64,000 nt of DNA, from NCBI GenBank assembly GCA_964016885.1, contig OZ024740.1, forward strand, positions 114,266,001 to 114,330,000, given 5' to 3'. Below are positions 1 to 13,111 of the stretch, piece by piece (the stretch's first letter is position 1; the number at the start of each line of letters is the position of its first letter). The position numbers and the translations under genes were made by a program. Origin of the DNA: Eledone cirrhosa (taxonomy: Eukaryota). The notes under the pieces were generated by a model that saw nothing but the letters and a program-made list of their open reading frames with translations, was not told where the DNA came from and made no database searches.

Positions 1-118
1 ATACATATATGTATGTACGTATATACATACTTATGTATGTATGTACGTACATACATACTTGCCTTTAAGTAACTGCCGTACTAATAGTGAGAAATGAAAT
101 TTCGTTTCATTCTATTCC

Positions 119-121
<3 letters not shown>

Positions 122-198
<77 letters not shown>
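122..198. repeat. (TA)n microsatellite, representative of dozens of (TA)n/(CA)n/(GA)n tracts in the window
   Basis: Pure TA run; similar tracts flank almost every PLE/HHR element below. Confidence 0.98.
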
Positions 199-202
<4 letters not shown>

Positions 203-273
203 AAAAAGAGATGAAATCGAAAATGCAACTGGAGTCTTATTTTTAAAAAAAATATATATATATTTATTTGGTT

Positions 274-311
274 CCTTTACCGGTTTCGCAGTTCTTCTGC
301 TTTTCAAAAGG
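274..311 (-). ncRNA. Type I hammerhead ribozyme, U3-A8 core variant, at the 3' end of a decayed PLE-like element (~200-860, minus)
   Basis: Minus strand reads CCTT-TTGAAAA-GCAG(AAGAA)CTGC-GAAA-CCGG-TA-AAGG: 4-bp stem I, G-C-closed stem II, palindromic stem III, GUA site; AATAAA and TA follow. Confidence 0.75.
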
Positions 312-1271
312 TGAGTTGAGATGGAGGGTCTGTGGTTTTTCTCACTGTGGTTTTTTTCTCACTGTGGTTTTTCTCAATTAGAAAAAGACGGAGAGAAAGA
401 AAAAAAAAAGAAAAAAGACGGCGAGAGAGAAAGAAAACCTGGAGAAATATCGGAGAGAGAGAGAAATGTATGGAGAAAAGAAAGAGATAAATAAAGATAG
501 GAGGAAATAAAAAAGAAAGAAAAAAGGAGGAAATAAGAAAAACAAAGGAAAGCAACAGAGAGATATCAAGTCATCATACAGATAGAAAAACTCAAGAGAG
601 AGAAATACTATGTAGAGAGAGGGGGAGACAATGAAAACTTTACGTCATGTCAAATTAAGTTGAGTTAACAATTTATATGAAATGAATAATAAAAATATAA
701 ATATCAATATTCATGAATGGGACATAGATATATAATATGAGAAATTAAACATTGTTCAATACTGACTATATGTTTAGTTTAAAAACTTGAGATCAATATA
801 CCCAAATCTGAGTTAAATCATTCAAAATGTACCCTTGCTATATAGATCAGTATCTTATGCAAAGACATACAAATATATATGTATATATATATATATATAT
901 ATATACACATACGCACGTCCTGAAAATAGAAATTATGTCTACTCAAGCCAACAATATAGCCATACAAAACGTAAATGATTTCTCTTAATCACTGCTATAC
1001 ATTCCTTGTGTTATAAAAAGTTCACAGTATATATACATAAATATATACGATTAATATTCATGTCCTCATATATACGATTACCATTCATGTATTTAATATT
1101 ATGTATATCTGCAACATACCTCTCACCCAAATAGATATATATATACATATATACACATACATATGTATAAATAAATATTTGCGTGCGTCCTCCCGCATCG
1201 CTCATGCATATATACAGACATATATACGTAAAAGGGTACGTCAAAGCTATTTGTAAAACTGTTATATATTG

Positions 1272-1336
1272 TATTTTGTCAGAGGAAGGCATACCATAAT
1301 TTAATGTGGTATCCCTGAAATATGTATAATGAAATA
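1272..1336 (+). ncRNA. Type I hammerhead ribozyme, diverged (U4A core), same family as 47663-47723
   Basis: TATTTTGT-CAGAGGA-AGGCATACCATA..TGTGGTATCCCT-GAAA-TATGTA-TA-ATGAAATA; downstream AATATGG shared with the 47.7-kb copy. Confidence 0.65.
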
Positions 1337-1467
1337 AATATGGTTTTATAAATATAGTTTCCATTTATTAATATAGTATATCTACTCCAAAAACTTGTCG
1401 AGTGCTTTATATCAGTTATAAAAATATTTACTTGTTGTATCCCAACAATTTTAAATAGAACTTTTGC

Positions 1468-1503
<36 letters not shown>

Positions 1504-1504
<1 letters not shown>

Positions 1505-2960
1505 AATAAAGATCCGAAGGCATGGTATAAATTTACAATCATTTTAATCACGACACTTGTTTCAATAAGGGATAGATCGATCGTGTGGTCATGATAGATT
1601 ATCACTGATCTCATTAGGTGAATAATGAAATGTCTTCAAATCTTTGATATGAGGGAGGAAAAACTAACGATGTTCACTCACTAGAGTTTTGTTCCCCATA
1701 TGAAGAATCAGCAGCCAAAACACCCCAACTGCTATCGACTTCAGTCAGGGTCATAAATTTATCAAGTCTCTATCTCTCAATAGCTGTAAAAGACGCTGGA
1801 CAGGTCTAATCTCAGCATCAAATCTGTAGAATTTCGGTCAATCACAATTAGTGTTAGTGAGTACACACACACTCACACATACCGACGCGAGGTCAGAGAA
1901 AAAATATATATACCAACATAGTATGCACCGAAAGTTAGGTTACAAAACAACAAATGTTATATTGGTCAAATCTCAATTTTAACGATGTAAATTAGAAAAA
2001 AATTGGGTCAACCACAACCCTATACACACGCAAGTAAATTCCGTTCAACGTTCTGCTATACGTGTATCGATTGAATTGTAACATCCGTATCGTCTAAATA
2101 GTGTATGTTTTGGTATATACATATCCATGTGTAGAGCAAGTAGTCAGATCGTATCGAACTCTATATGTGCTGTTGTCTCGTTGAGAATCTGAGTCCCCGA
2201 GTCTGTTCGTGCAAGCACTCGCCATGTAGGCCAACAAGGCGCTCCATGTAGGGTTGGGTATTTGTGTTAAGGTGTCAGTGTGTGCATTTTCCCGTCATGT
2301 GGGCCCTTGGGCTTTTAAGATGAGTGTTTGAGTGGTGGAGGTGTGTTACCCAACACAAAATAAAATAACAAAAACTCGGTGATATGTTTAAGCCCATTGA
2401 TGGCGTGTAAGTAGTATTGTCCATTCAGCAACTGTGAGCACTTTATGGTTAGAGGATCGCAGACCAAAAACCTAGTGTAGTATTCAATCGATAAGATTGT
2501 GACTGGTCATAACTGTGGGAACTCCGCGTCTAACGAAACTGGGTACTGTGTAGAATTATGTATAAAGAGCGTTATCGTTCTAAAACTGAGTGTGTAATAC
2601 GTCTATTTACTAACTGAGAGAACTATATGGTTCATTTGGGGAACAAAACTCTAGTGAGTGAACATCTTGAGTTTTTCCTCCCTCATATCAAAGATTTGAA
2701 GACATTTCATTATTCACCTGATGAGATCAGTGATAATCGATCATGACCACACGATCGATCTATCACTTATTGAAACATGTGTCGTGATTAAAATGATTGG
2801 AAATTTATACCATGCCTTCGGATCTTTATTTTCATACAAATACTCCGTTTTACATGATCTAGCTGTTCCCATAAATGGAATTGGAGATATACAAAAGCGT
2901 GGAGAACTTAATATTGGTAACAAAGGTTTATTGGACCGTACGACACAACCAATAATACAC
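1504..2960. mobile_element. Head-to-head pair of HHR-bearing PLE-like 3' ends (inverted repeat 1504-1704 / 2631-2831)
   Basis: ~200-bp arms are reverse complements. The left arm abuts (TA)n; the right arm continues ~125 bp before (TA)n. The left-arm HHR (1544-1625, minus) has a CTAATGA (G5A) core. Confidence 0.7.
2710..2791 (+). ncRNA. Type I hammerhead ribozyme with long stem II
   Basis: TTATTCAC-CTGATGA-GATCAGTGATAATCGATC..GATCGATCTATCACTTATT-GAAA-CATGTG-TC-GTGATTAA; GUC site. Confidence 0.85.
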
Positions 2961-2962
2961 AC

Positions 2963-3069
<107 letters not shown>

Positions 3070-3070
3070 C

Positions 3071-3127
<57 letters not shown>

Positions 3128-3230
3128 AGTCGAGACATGACAGTTGAGCTCTTGCCGTGTTAAGACCTACTTGAATAATATAGCTATACTCTATTACACC
3201 AAGTATCGAGTACTCTGTTAAGTAATGATC

Positions 3231-4186
3231 TATCCAGTTTCAAACTGCTTCTATCCTGATATGCATGTGTGTATCCTGGTATGCATGTGTGTATATATAC
3301 AAGCACGTTTGTTTGTTGCGTGTGAGAGTGTATGTGTGTGTGTATGATAGAAAGCACCTGTCAACGACGACAATGTTAATACTCAATACCTTGTCTATAC
3401 AGTTGGATGGAAATTTAATAGAAAAGAACTTACAAACATTTTCATGTGTGATCAGTTGTGCCTTTTTAGAATCTGTGTGAATGTTACTTGATTCCAGCAA
3501 TTCTTCTAACTGCTGTTTATACCCTATCTAGCCATTATCAAGTTTTCTTCACACCATCTACACCAAGAAGCACAATGAATGTTTCTTCGTTTAAAACAGA
3601 ACGTTTTGATTTGAGTGAGAAATGGTTGTTATTTCTAATATGAGAAGTGCGCATATTGTGTCTTTGGAAGAGACTTCATATATTAAGTGGGTGCATAATG
3701 TTTTATTTATTCACTAACAATGTGGGTTCCCATATGAGTACCGCGTACGAAGCAGTGAAATATATATGAACTTACATACGTAGGGTCTAGTTGTCTACCA
3801 TGTGTCACAAATCCACCAATAGTATATGGATGCTATGGGCTACAACTGATGAGTCTCAGTATGTGTTTGTATTAATTATTACGACAATTAAAGAAGTTTA
3901 GATCTTTATATATAACCTTTGAACAAGATAATTTTTCTTTTATTTCCCCTGTGATTGACTTTACTACCGAAACATCCACCGCAAAATGACAACATAAATG
4001 CTAATTTGAGACAACGAAATGAAATAAGAGACCTTATTGAAATCGAGCCCTGTACGCAGGTGCTTTCTATCATACACACACACATACACTCTCACACGCA
4101 ACAAACAAACGTGCTTGTATATATACACACATGCATACCAGGATACACACATGCATATCAGGATAGAAGCAGTTTGAAACTGGATA
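3231..4186. repeat. 130-bp inverted duplication (3231-3360 / 4057-4186)
   Basis: TATCCAGTTTCAAACTG...AAAGCACCTG is the reverse complement of CAGGTGCTTT...CAGTTTGAAACTGGATA; no mismatch seen. Confidence 0.9.
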
Positions 4187-4361
4187 TTTTTCGTTGGTTT
4201 ATCTCTGAATGTAGATAGGGATACAGGACCATTTGGGTCTGCCGTTAAAACATCAGGTAGGAAACATAATGGCTCCAGATCTCTGTAATCTGAATTCAAA
4301 CCCCTCGAGTTCAACTTTCGTACTTATTCTTTGAAGGTCCATAAATCACTAGTCTATTACT

Positions 4362-4511
4362 GAAGAAGAAGAAGAAGAAGAAGAAGAAGAAGAAGAAGAA
4401 GAAGAAGAAGAAGAAGAAGAAGAAGAAGAAGAAGAAGAAGAAGAAGAAGAAGAAGAAGAAGAAGAAGAAGAAGAAGAAGAAGAAGAAGAAGAAGAAGAAG
4501 AAGAAGAAGAA
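4362..4511 (+). repeat. (GAA)n microsatellite
   Basis: Pure run. Confidence 0.98.
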
Positions 4512-5656
4512 AGTTATGTTAAGCCTTGGAGATGAATGATTTCTGCCAAATTTAAATGCTCAAACCGTCTGTCATGGCGGCCTTCCTATGTTTCCAGAAA
4601 AAAATTCAGCTTCAAATAACAGGTTTTGATGTAGGTTAAGAAGTTTACACCTATGATGTTGCGAGTCCGATCACACTACTATAATACGAGAAAATCGAAG
4701 ATTTTGATTGAAATTATACATATTAAATTTATTTGAAAGATCGTCAGAAGTATAATTCCTCTTCTCAGACGGAAGACTTAATCCATTGCTCAGTTAACAA
4801 CATCACTCGCACAACTTCTACCCTTCATGCTAATATCTCAGATGACATGAAAAGGGTGATAAGAGGTGACCCTTCTTCTCAGGGGAATCCAGTTAAATAA
4901 AAGCGCACTGTGCGACATCCTTTCCAGCATTGCAATATTTCTGTCAACTTGTGGTTTTCTATTTCCGGAATATTCTTTAAAATATGAATTTTCTCAAATA
5001 CAGCATTGGACAAGATGACACCTAACAAAGATTAAAAGATATAGAAAGAATATATTAATAAATAAGAAACCAAGAAGTATACGATAGAACAACAGGAAAC
5101 AATATCGTAAAAGAGAATATATGACTGAAGCAAAAGAAAGACAAAACGTGTGCTTGACTCAACATCGGTAAATTAATAAAAGCGATAAGGCTAAAGTAGT
5201 AAAAAGATAAGAAGAAATTGTAAGAAAAATATATAAATAAGTGAAGAAAGTTAAGCTAGGAAACATCAAATAGAAAATTTCTTTCGGTTCGGTTTTAAGT
5301 AATTAAATCTGGCGATAGATTTAAAGATATTTTATGGTGTTTGATCGGTGAAAAATAAACGCGAAATCTTTCAAAACTAATTATCTTTGGCACTAGGTAT
5401 TTAGTTTGGCACTCTGCTACTGGGTTTGGCGCTTGATCGTGAATGCGTAATCAGTTATCATTAGATGGCCAAAATCGTCGTAGAAATCACGTATTATTGT
5501 TTCGTTTATACTTTCTTCTTTTATGATTTTCCCCACTATAAATTCTTCAATGGATTTTGTTTTCATGTTTTTCTCCCCCTTAACTTTTTTTTATCACATT
5601 TTTTTTTCTATTATTTTAAAAAATATATTTTCGCGTGTTTTGTTGTTTTATATCTG

Positions 5657-5733
5657 CTTCTTCTTCTTCTTCTTCTTCTTCTTCTTCTTCTTCTTCTTCT
5701 TCTTCTTCTTCTTCTTCTTCTTCTTCTTCTTCT
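5657..5733 (+). repeat. (CTT)n microsatellite
   Basis: Pure run. Confidence 0.98.
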
Positions 5734-8700
5734 AAAACACAACCAGTAACACCGTTGAGATTACTTATCACATGTGATTTATTTTACCTTTCAGTCAATA
5801 AATCAATGCGAACATTCAATGAATTATTCAGCATCTATTTCAATTTACCTTCGATTAACTGTGAGCAGAAAGTTTTCCCAAACCTACACGTTTTTTCACA
5901 ATTACTAGTAATTCGTACAAGACGCAATATTCTTCTTTCATCTTCTGCCGCCTCTAATTATTTCCATTTCCCACATTGGTTTTAGTTCATATAAATGTCA
6001 ATTTAGTTGACATCACTGGGTTTAAGATCGAGAATAGTGTAATGTTTTTAAGGCTATCTTCCCTGATGAAGTAGGAGTTATCCTAACCGACCCCACGACA
6101 AGTTTTATACGAAACACAGTGTCTTTTTGTGGCAATGTTTTACAGCCGGACGGCATTCATGACTCCAACAGTTTTGGTCACCTCTTAAGATAGGCACAGA
6201 TCCAGGACAAGACCTAGAATGTAGGAGTATAAAACAAATATTATATGAGAATTTTAACATCACAGATCTATTGTCTTTACCACCCCAATTCGTTTTGTTT
6301 CAAAATAAATGATGTTTGACAGTACTTTTGCTATGCCGTGTCCTAAATGTTTATGGAAAAAAAGTATGTGTAGTTGCATCCAGATAAGAATATGTATGGT
6401 ACACAGGCCCATGCAAAGTTGGCAATACACCTGGTCCAGATATAAACTGTAGAACCACATTTAAGAGTATAAAATTTATATATTAGCTTGATTTATGTAT
6501 GGAATGGTGTTATTTACATGCACATTCACTGTACATGATGTATATACAGCTAAGTGCAAAAAGGAAGGTCTACACCAACTGACCACTTTGCACTCCATTC
6601 TGAACAAGCTTATAATTATTCACTGTATTTGAATCACATTTGCACATATAAGGTCAATATTAAATACAGTAAAGCAAACTATTGACTATAGCAAACAAAA
6701 TTGATCCAAGGGAAATAACTTATATAACATTGAAATAAAGCGGGTAAGTATTTATGAGGAGAATGGCCTACACAGTTAACATTGTATGACATTAATGTTT
6801 TAGCAAATGATAATTTAGGTGATAGTTAGGTTTAATGTGCCATTTATAAATATGAAATCCGTTTGGCTCCATCACCTTCACGGTTTGATGTACAGGATAT
6901 ACCACAAATACTACATTTACAGAGAAATGTGACTAATCTTGTGAATAATGCATGTAATTTATTAATATACTACTCTACAATAATTAATCACTGTTAAAAT
7001 AACATTGTACACTTAGAAATATCTTACCACAAAAAAGTTACATTATTGATGTTACTATCAAGATCACAATTCCCAAAACTGATCTTCTCTAGGTCAAGAA
7101 TACTTTCACACTCTGTTCATCAATTCAATCAAGAAGGTTAGCTATGATCGTTTTTTTTTAAATTCAGGCTTCCGTTCTTTACTAGAAGGTCTTAAACTGT
7201 CTTGACCACAGCATCATATGTTCATAGTTCAAGGAAAACAGAGCTATTAACAATATGACAAATTAAGTCACAATAACATCCGAAATGTGCATTTAAGTCA
7301 AAGTGTTCTAACAGTAAACATGATCTAATATGCGTTATATCTATTTGTGCACTGGTATCACATCGTGTTGTTTTAAAGTAGGAATGATGGGAGCGAAAAG
7401 AGACGGGATTGTCATGGAATTTGACCCTAGTCTAAATTGAATTTTTTCTAATTTTTGTCTCCCTACCTTTCGAATGTTACATCTTTGGGCTTTCTTCAAG
7501 TACTTGTTGTTTCGTACTTATATCGAAATTTGTGTCCCAAAACTTTACTCTAACGAAAGTGGATGATTGTTCTTATTCTTTTATCATTATATAATTTACT
7601 TATTTGTGATGTTCGCTCAGACTAGAGTATTTACAGATAGGCTCATATCATTAGTTTACTTGTAAATAGTTTCAGCTATTAGTTCATATATAACAAAAGT
7701 GACCGATCAGTGTCTATTTTTGAACAAACAATTGTAATTTGTTTACCCCTATGCTTGCTAACAATTTAGGCATTTCTGATATGGCTTAACTTCAAAGGAT
7801 ATCTACACAGCAACATAAAATACATCACGATCGACCGATGGTCTGTACCTAGTCGCTCTGACTTATATCAAATAACAACAGAATTAACCAGATAGCATTG
7901 CACCATCGTTAAAATGTACTATATTGGTTAACGTATGGTCTTCGCTGGAATATCTTTGATCACCGAACTGTCCGAGTTAACAACAAAACTAATATCATTA
8001 GCGCGTCGTACACCCCCTAGAAGCAGTCTCAACCGAAGAAAAGCCATATCTTAGTCAGCTATCTCACTGAGCATGTTGTTATGTTCGTACGATAGCTATG
8101 TGTATCATTGGTTTTTATTCCACTCTACTACCCAGATGTGTCTAGCATATATTCCGGCTGAGATTTTGTTTGTTTCAACCCTTCTTAAACTTAGCTATAT
8201 ATCCGTATGCATTTAATATAATCAATAAAATTTGACTTGCTATGATTACAAGATATAATATATTTAATTTCTATTCTATTTAAGTATCGTTATCGCGTCA
8301 TTTCTAAAGATTCTCCTTGACATCTCGCTGACATCATGAAATATTTATGTTCAAAGAAATTTGACCACGATGAATAAAAGCGCAATTTAATAACTCACAT
8401 TTGAATTGCTGCTTTTATCTCACCATTACTTTGATTTTATAAATTTTAGAAATCAGCATGTCACCGTTTGATCAATGATTTTGAGCTGTAAGAATTTCTT
8501 TACAAGGATATCAATGTGACCATCAAATATATAATTTCAATAGTAATACAATATATGATAATTACCCCTTCACATTTGGAAATGTTTGGCTTATCAATGT
8601 CTAGAATATCAGCGCCGTCTATAAAAAGAAAAGCTAATTTTTGATCTTAACGATAATTCATGTAAAAACAGTCCTTTATATAGGGAAATATTGATTCTAA

Positions 8701-9448
8701 GTTATGGTTTCCAATATATATAATCGTAAGCTACGTGGAGTCGCGATGCCTTCAATTTTCAGAGCCAGTCTTCAGACAAAGAGTAATTATGCAGGCTTAT
8801 TAAAATTGAACCCTGTAATCCTATTTGTTGGATTGGGACTCTATTATAGTTTTCACTCTATAGTTGAAATATGATCAGTGAAAAACATCTCTCTGCATTG
8901 GCATTATTGGAAGAATTTGAATTCACTACTGCATGCTAATTGCACTATGGTTTGATACATACAATACAGCATGTTGCAGTATAATATAATTACAATGAAG
9001 ACTCGGTTAGAATGGAATTATTGTGTGCGAATGGCTTAGCATTTGTTTCAATTTTAATAACTCAAGGAATGTGGCCTTCCCGTGTGTAATTTGCATGTGA
9101 AAGTCACATGTGCAATATTTTGTGGTCAACATTTTCTTTTAATTCATAAGAGTCTTATAAGATTTATCTTATAAGATTTTGTAAATAAAATATTCACGGT
9201 GATGGCTAATTCACATTTAATGCAAGCTTGAAGGTCTAGCTCTAATTATGCAGGGGCAAGATTCACCGCGTGTATCAGTGTAAACACGTACAGAAACTCA
9301 TATAAAATATATTTAGGTATGATAAACATATTTCTCGCTGTCACCATTTAAGTTACGATAAAAACGGAATATCTTTATTATATTCAAACAAATTGTATTT
9401 GAGGTGGGACGAGCCGCATATACATCATCGTCGAAAGAGGGATGACTC

Positions 9449-9459
9449 AAGAAGAAGAA

Positions 9460-9490
<31 letters not shown>

Positions 9491-9597
9491 AAGAAGAAGA
9501 AGAAGAAGAAGAAGAAGAAGAAGAAGAAGAAGAAGAAGAAGAAGAAGAAGAAGAAGAAGAAGAAGGAGGAGGAGGAGGAGGAGAAGGAGGAGAAAAA

Positions 9598-9632
<35 letters not shown>

Positions 9633-9791
9633 AGAAGAAGAAGAAGGAGGAGGAGAAGGAGGAGGAGGAGGAGGAGAAGAAGAAGAAGAAGAAGAAGAAG
9701 AAGAAGAAGAAGAAGAAGAAGAAGAAGAAGAAGAAGAAGAAGAAGAAGAAGAAGAAGAAGAAGAAGAAGAAGAAGAAGAAGAAGAAGAAGA
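9449..9791 (+). repeat. (GAA)n/(GGA)n compound polypurine tract
   Basis: ~340 bp purine-only apart from one T; explains the poly-R/poly-S pseudo-ORFs. Confidence 0.97.
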
Positions 9792-9919
9792 TATAAACAT
9801 TTATTCTGAATAACCCTGTGTTACAACAAACGATAATTAAAGCCGAACATTTAATACCACGTGCTTACAATTCTGTCAATCACTCGTAAATACTTTAACC
9901 AATACACCAATACTTGCCA

Positions 9920-10420
9920 AATATATCCACATATTTCAAATATATAGGGACCATATTTGTTGCAAATGGAAAGCTGGACCGAGAGATATATACTAGAGAC
10001 TTGAAGACATATTTCGTCATCTACCATCTAGCACCTGTCACAAATAAATTAAGAATAACTGTGACGAAAAAAAACAGAAGGATAATCGCAATCTTCGTGT
10101 ACAACACCAATTACATGTAGCAAATCAGGAGCCTGAGCAAAGTATTGGAGCGAAAATTACCAACATAAGATGTGACACGAGATGTCGGCGGCAAACAACA
10201 AGTAAAATAGGAAGGGACCGAATCAGAAACAAAGATATTAGGCAGATTGATGGTGTCACATCCTTCATCAGGTTCAGAAATCAACAGCGCGTAAAATAGT
10301 TTTGTCACCTGATAAGAATACACAATAGTCAGCCGGATTCATGGGTATATATCGTTATGTGCCTGGGCGTTCGGGCTAGGCGAAGGTTACGCCGGCAGAA
10401 AATTGACGGAGTCACTGGCA
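9920..10420 (+). pseudogene. Highly decayed non-LTR (RTE-like) RT C-terminal fragment
   Basis: Translation FKYIGTIFVANGKLDREIYTR resembles the FKYLGS...GxxDxEIxxRI motif after the LINE RT core. Confidence 0.45.
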
Positions 10421-10578
10421 TGGACCACACCAATAGCATGACACTACTACAGGCCTCACTCCTTCTGAAGATGAAACACATCTACTCAGTAGAGGTACCT
10501 AGACAATTATATATACCACCCCACAAACACACATATATACGTATCTATCTATATATATATTATTATTATTATTATTAT

Positions 10579-10755
10579 TAATAACATTCGATTCGTTTGC
10601 GATTATACAAACAAGCCACAAATTTATAGCAATGTCAGTAGAATAAAGGATTCATTCTACTGACATGGCTATAAAATTGAGGCTTGTTTGTATAATCGCA
10701 AACGAATCGAATGTTATTATTAATATTCGAAAAACTCAGATTATATTTATTGTAT
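10579..10755. repeat. Collapsed palindrome (~66-bp arms) of the element also present at 54259-54740
   Basis: TAATAACATTCGATTCGTTTGCGATTATACAAACAAGCC...GTAGAAT / ATTCTAC...GGCTTGTTTGTATAATCGCAAACGAATCGAATGTTATTA. Confidence 0.85.
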
Positions 10756-10760
10756 ATAAT

Positions 10761-10871
<111 letters not shown>

Positions 10872-10912
10872 TAAAAAGGACGATTGATTATTCCTTCATT
10901 GCATTTATTCAT

Positions 10913-11000
10913 AGGTGACGCGCGTTTCGCCACTGATCAGTTCAAGGTTCGATCTATATCGATCCTACCCGACTCAATAATCGGCAGCTCGACGGACCCT
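10913..11000 (-). ncRNA. Decayed or variant type I hammerhead ribozyme at the PLE 3' end
   Basis: GGGT-CCGTCGA-GCTG..long stem II..TGGC-GAAA-CGCGCG-TC-ACCT, then AATAAA; core deviates at U4 and A6. Confidence 0.55.
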
Positions 11001-13111
11001 CTTAAAATGCTATAAGAAAATGAAATACATGCTATGTGGCAAAGTCAGAGTTTCAAGAGTTTGAAAAAATGAGACGTTTTGATTGGTGAGAAGGATCAGT
11101 GTATTTGGGGGTGGGTGTGATGGTGAGATGTTGGTGACGGTCTGTGGATGAGGTGGGCTTGGTGTGGTGGTGGTGGGTTAGCTTTGGCGTGTAGAGTATG
11201 TGGGGGTGGATGTGATGATATGATGGTGGTTAAGGTTATTTAGTGGGATGGGCTGTGGCTGAGATTAGTAGATTGTCAGTAGACGGGTTGGCGTGTGGGT
11301 GGGGGTGTGGTAGTGGTGCCTTTGTCTATGGTAACGGCGTTTGTGGTGGTGTGGTGGATGTATTGGTGGCGTCAGGTCCTTACATAGATACATAGTTATA
11401 CGTTCTTTGTCTGACAGATACATTGTATATACGTATACGTACACACATATATGTATATATGTGCACATATATTGTTGTATAAACACACACAACATAAACA
11501 ACATACGCACAACTTGCCCACACATATCGGCATACGCTCACACACAGCCATATGTATATGTACACACATGTATGTGCATGCACGCATGCGGACACGAATA
11601 TGGAGAGTTGAGGAGTATCGGTGGGGGTGGCGAACGACAGAGATGGGGGGAAGGTGAGGGGCGATGTAGAGGGTGTTTTACATATATACATACACATACA
11701 TACACATGGGTATTGGCACATGGACTCACACTCATGTATGCAAGATATACACATACACACTCACACACACGTATACTCACACATATATATATATACACAC
11801 ACATGTACCGACAACACACACATACACGCACATATACACATACATGCACATATATGAGCTCACCTACACATACAGTCAGATTGACCCATATACACATATG
11901 CAGACGTACACATACACACACATACATACACATACATATATACACACACATACACATATGCATACACACACACATACATATATATACAGATATATATATA
12001 CATATATATATATACACACACATAGACATATGCATACTCATGTGTTCACATACACACACACACACACACACATAGAGATAAATTTGCGTACACGCACGCA
12101 CACTTAAAACGCCCGTATGAGTAAAATACTTACACACAGACACACACACTATTGTTGGTTGGGGAATGGAGGTATGTTTTGTCGGTGTTGATGAAGTATG
12201 GAGTTGTGTTTTGTGATGGTGGTGGTGGAGTTGTGAGGGACAACAATATATATACCGGATCGAATACCGGTTAAAAGGTGACATAGGGAATGCGGGGGAA
12301 AAGCGTTTATGGACATACGGCGATGTGTGTTGTGGACATGGTGATGGTGGTGGTACTGGGGTGATATGTTCGGCAAGATGATTACATGATCAGAGGTTAC
12401 GGTGTGTTATATGGTTAGCAGACGGGGGGTGGGGGTATATAATACAGTCGATTTGGGAGCGAGGGATGATATGTGTTGATGATGTAATGATAATGATTGT
12501 CGAAGTATGTGGATGTATTTAGTGGTGGCGGTGGTTGTGTGTGCGTGCGACAGTACAGTTACAGGGTCAAATTTAGCGTGGGGTTGCAGGTTAGGGTAGA
12601 TAGAGGGAACATGGGGGCGATGAGGTTGTAGGCGTGTATGGTATGCACATGACGATGTGTGGTGTGGTGGTGGTGGCGATGGTGTGATATGGTCAACATT
12701 GTATTTACAAGGTCACTTGTCATTGTGGATTGCAAGGTAGAACGTATCATATGGTACCGATTTAATACGATGTTGCAACTATGAGGTGTGTATGTTGATG
12801 TGAATTTTGGTGGTGGTGATGGTGATGTGTGCGGCATGATATACAAATGGGGGCTTAGAGATGGTAACATGGAGTACAATACAATAAGTTCAATGAGGTG
12901 GGCGATGTTGAGACGGGGTATAGGTGGTTATTAATATGGTGTGTCATGGTTAGTGTGATTTTTGGTGTGGGTTATGTATGTGGCATGATATACAAAATAC
13001 GGGCTTACATATGGTTAAATTCAATGAAATGAAATAAGATAAAGTGAAGTTAGATTAGAATTAAAGTTCGTTGAGATGAGCGATGGTGATACGGGGCAGG
13101 TGTAGTTATTA

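Noticed and set aside
3846-3900. CTGATGAGTC..GAC as a hammerhead core
   Set aside because: No GAAA after the putative stem II and no stem I partner
6055-6130. CTGATGA...GAAACACAGTGTC as a hammerhead
   Set aside because: Stem I strands (TTCC / TTTT) cannot pair and stem II is weak; chance or too decayed
12559-12879. Identical 106-aa ORFs at 12559 (-) and 14151 (+) as a duplicated gene
   Set aside because: By-product of the inverted duplication of a stop-poor C/A-rich PLE 3' UTR
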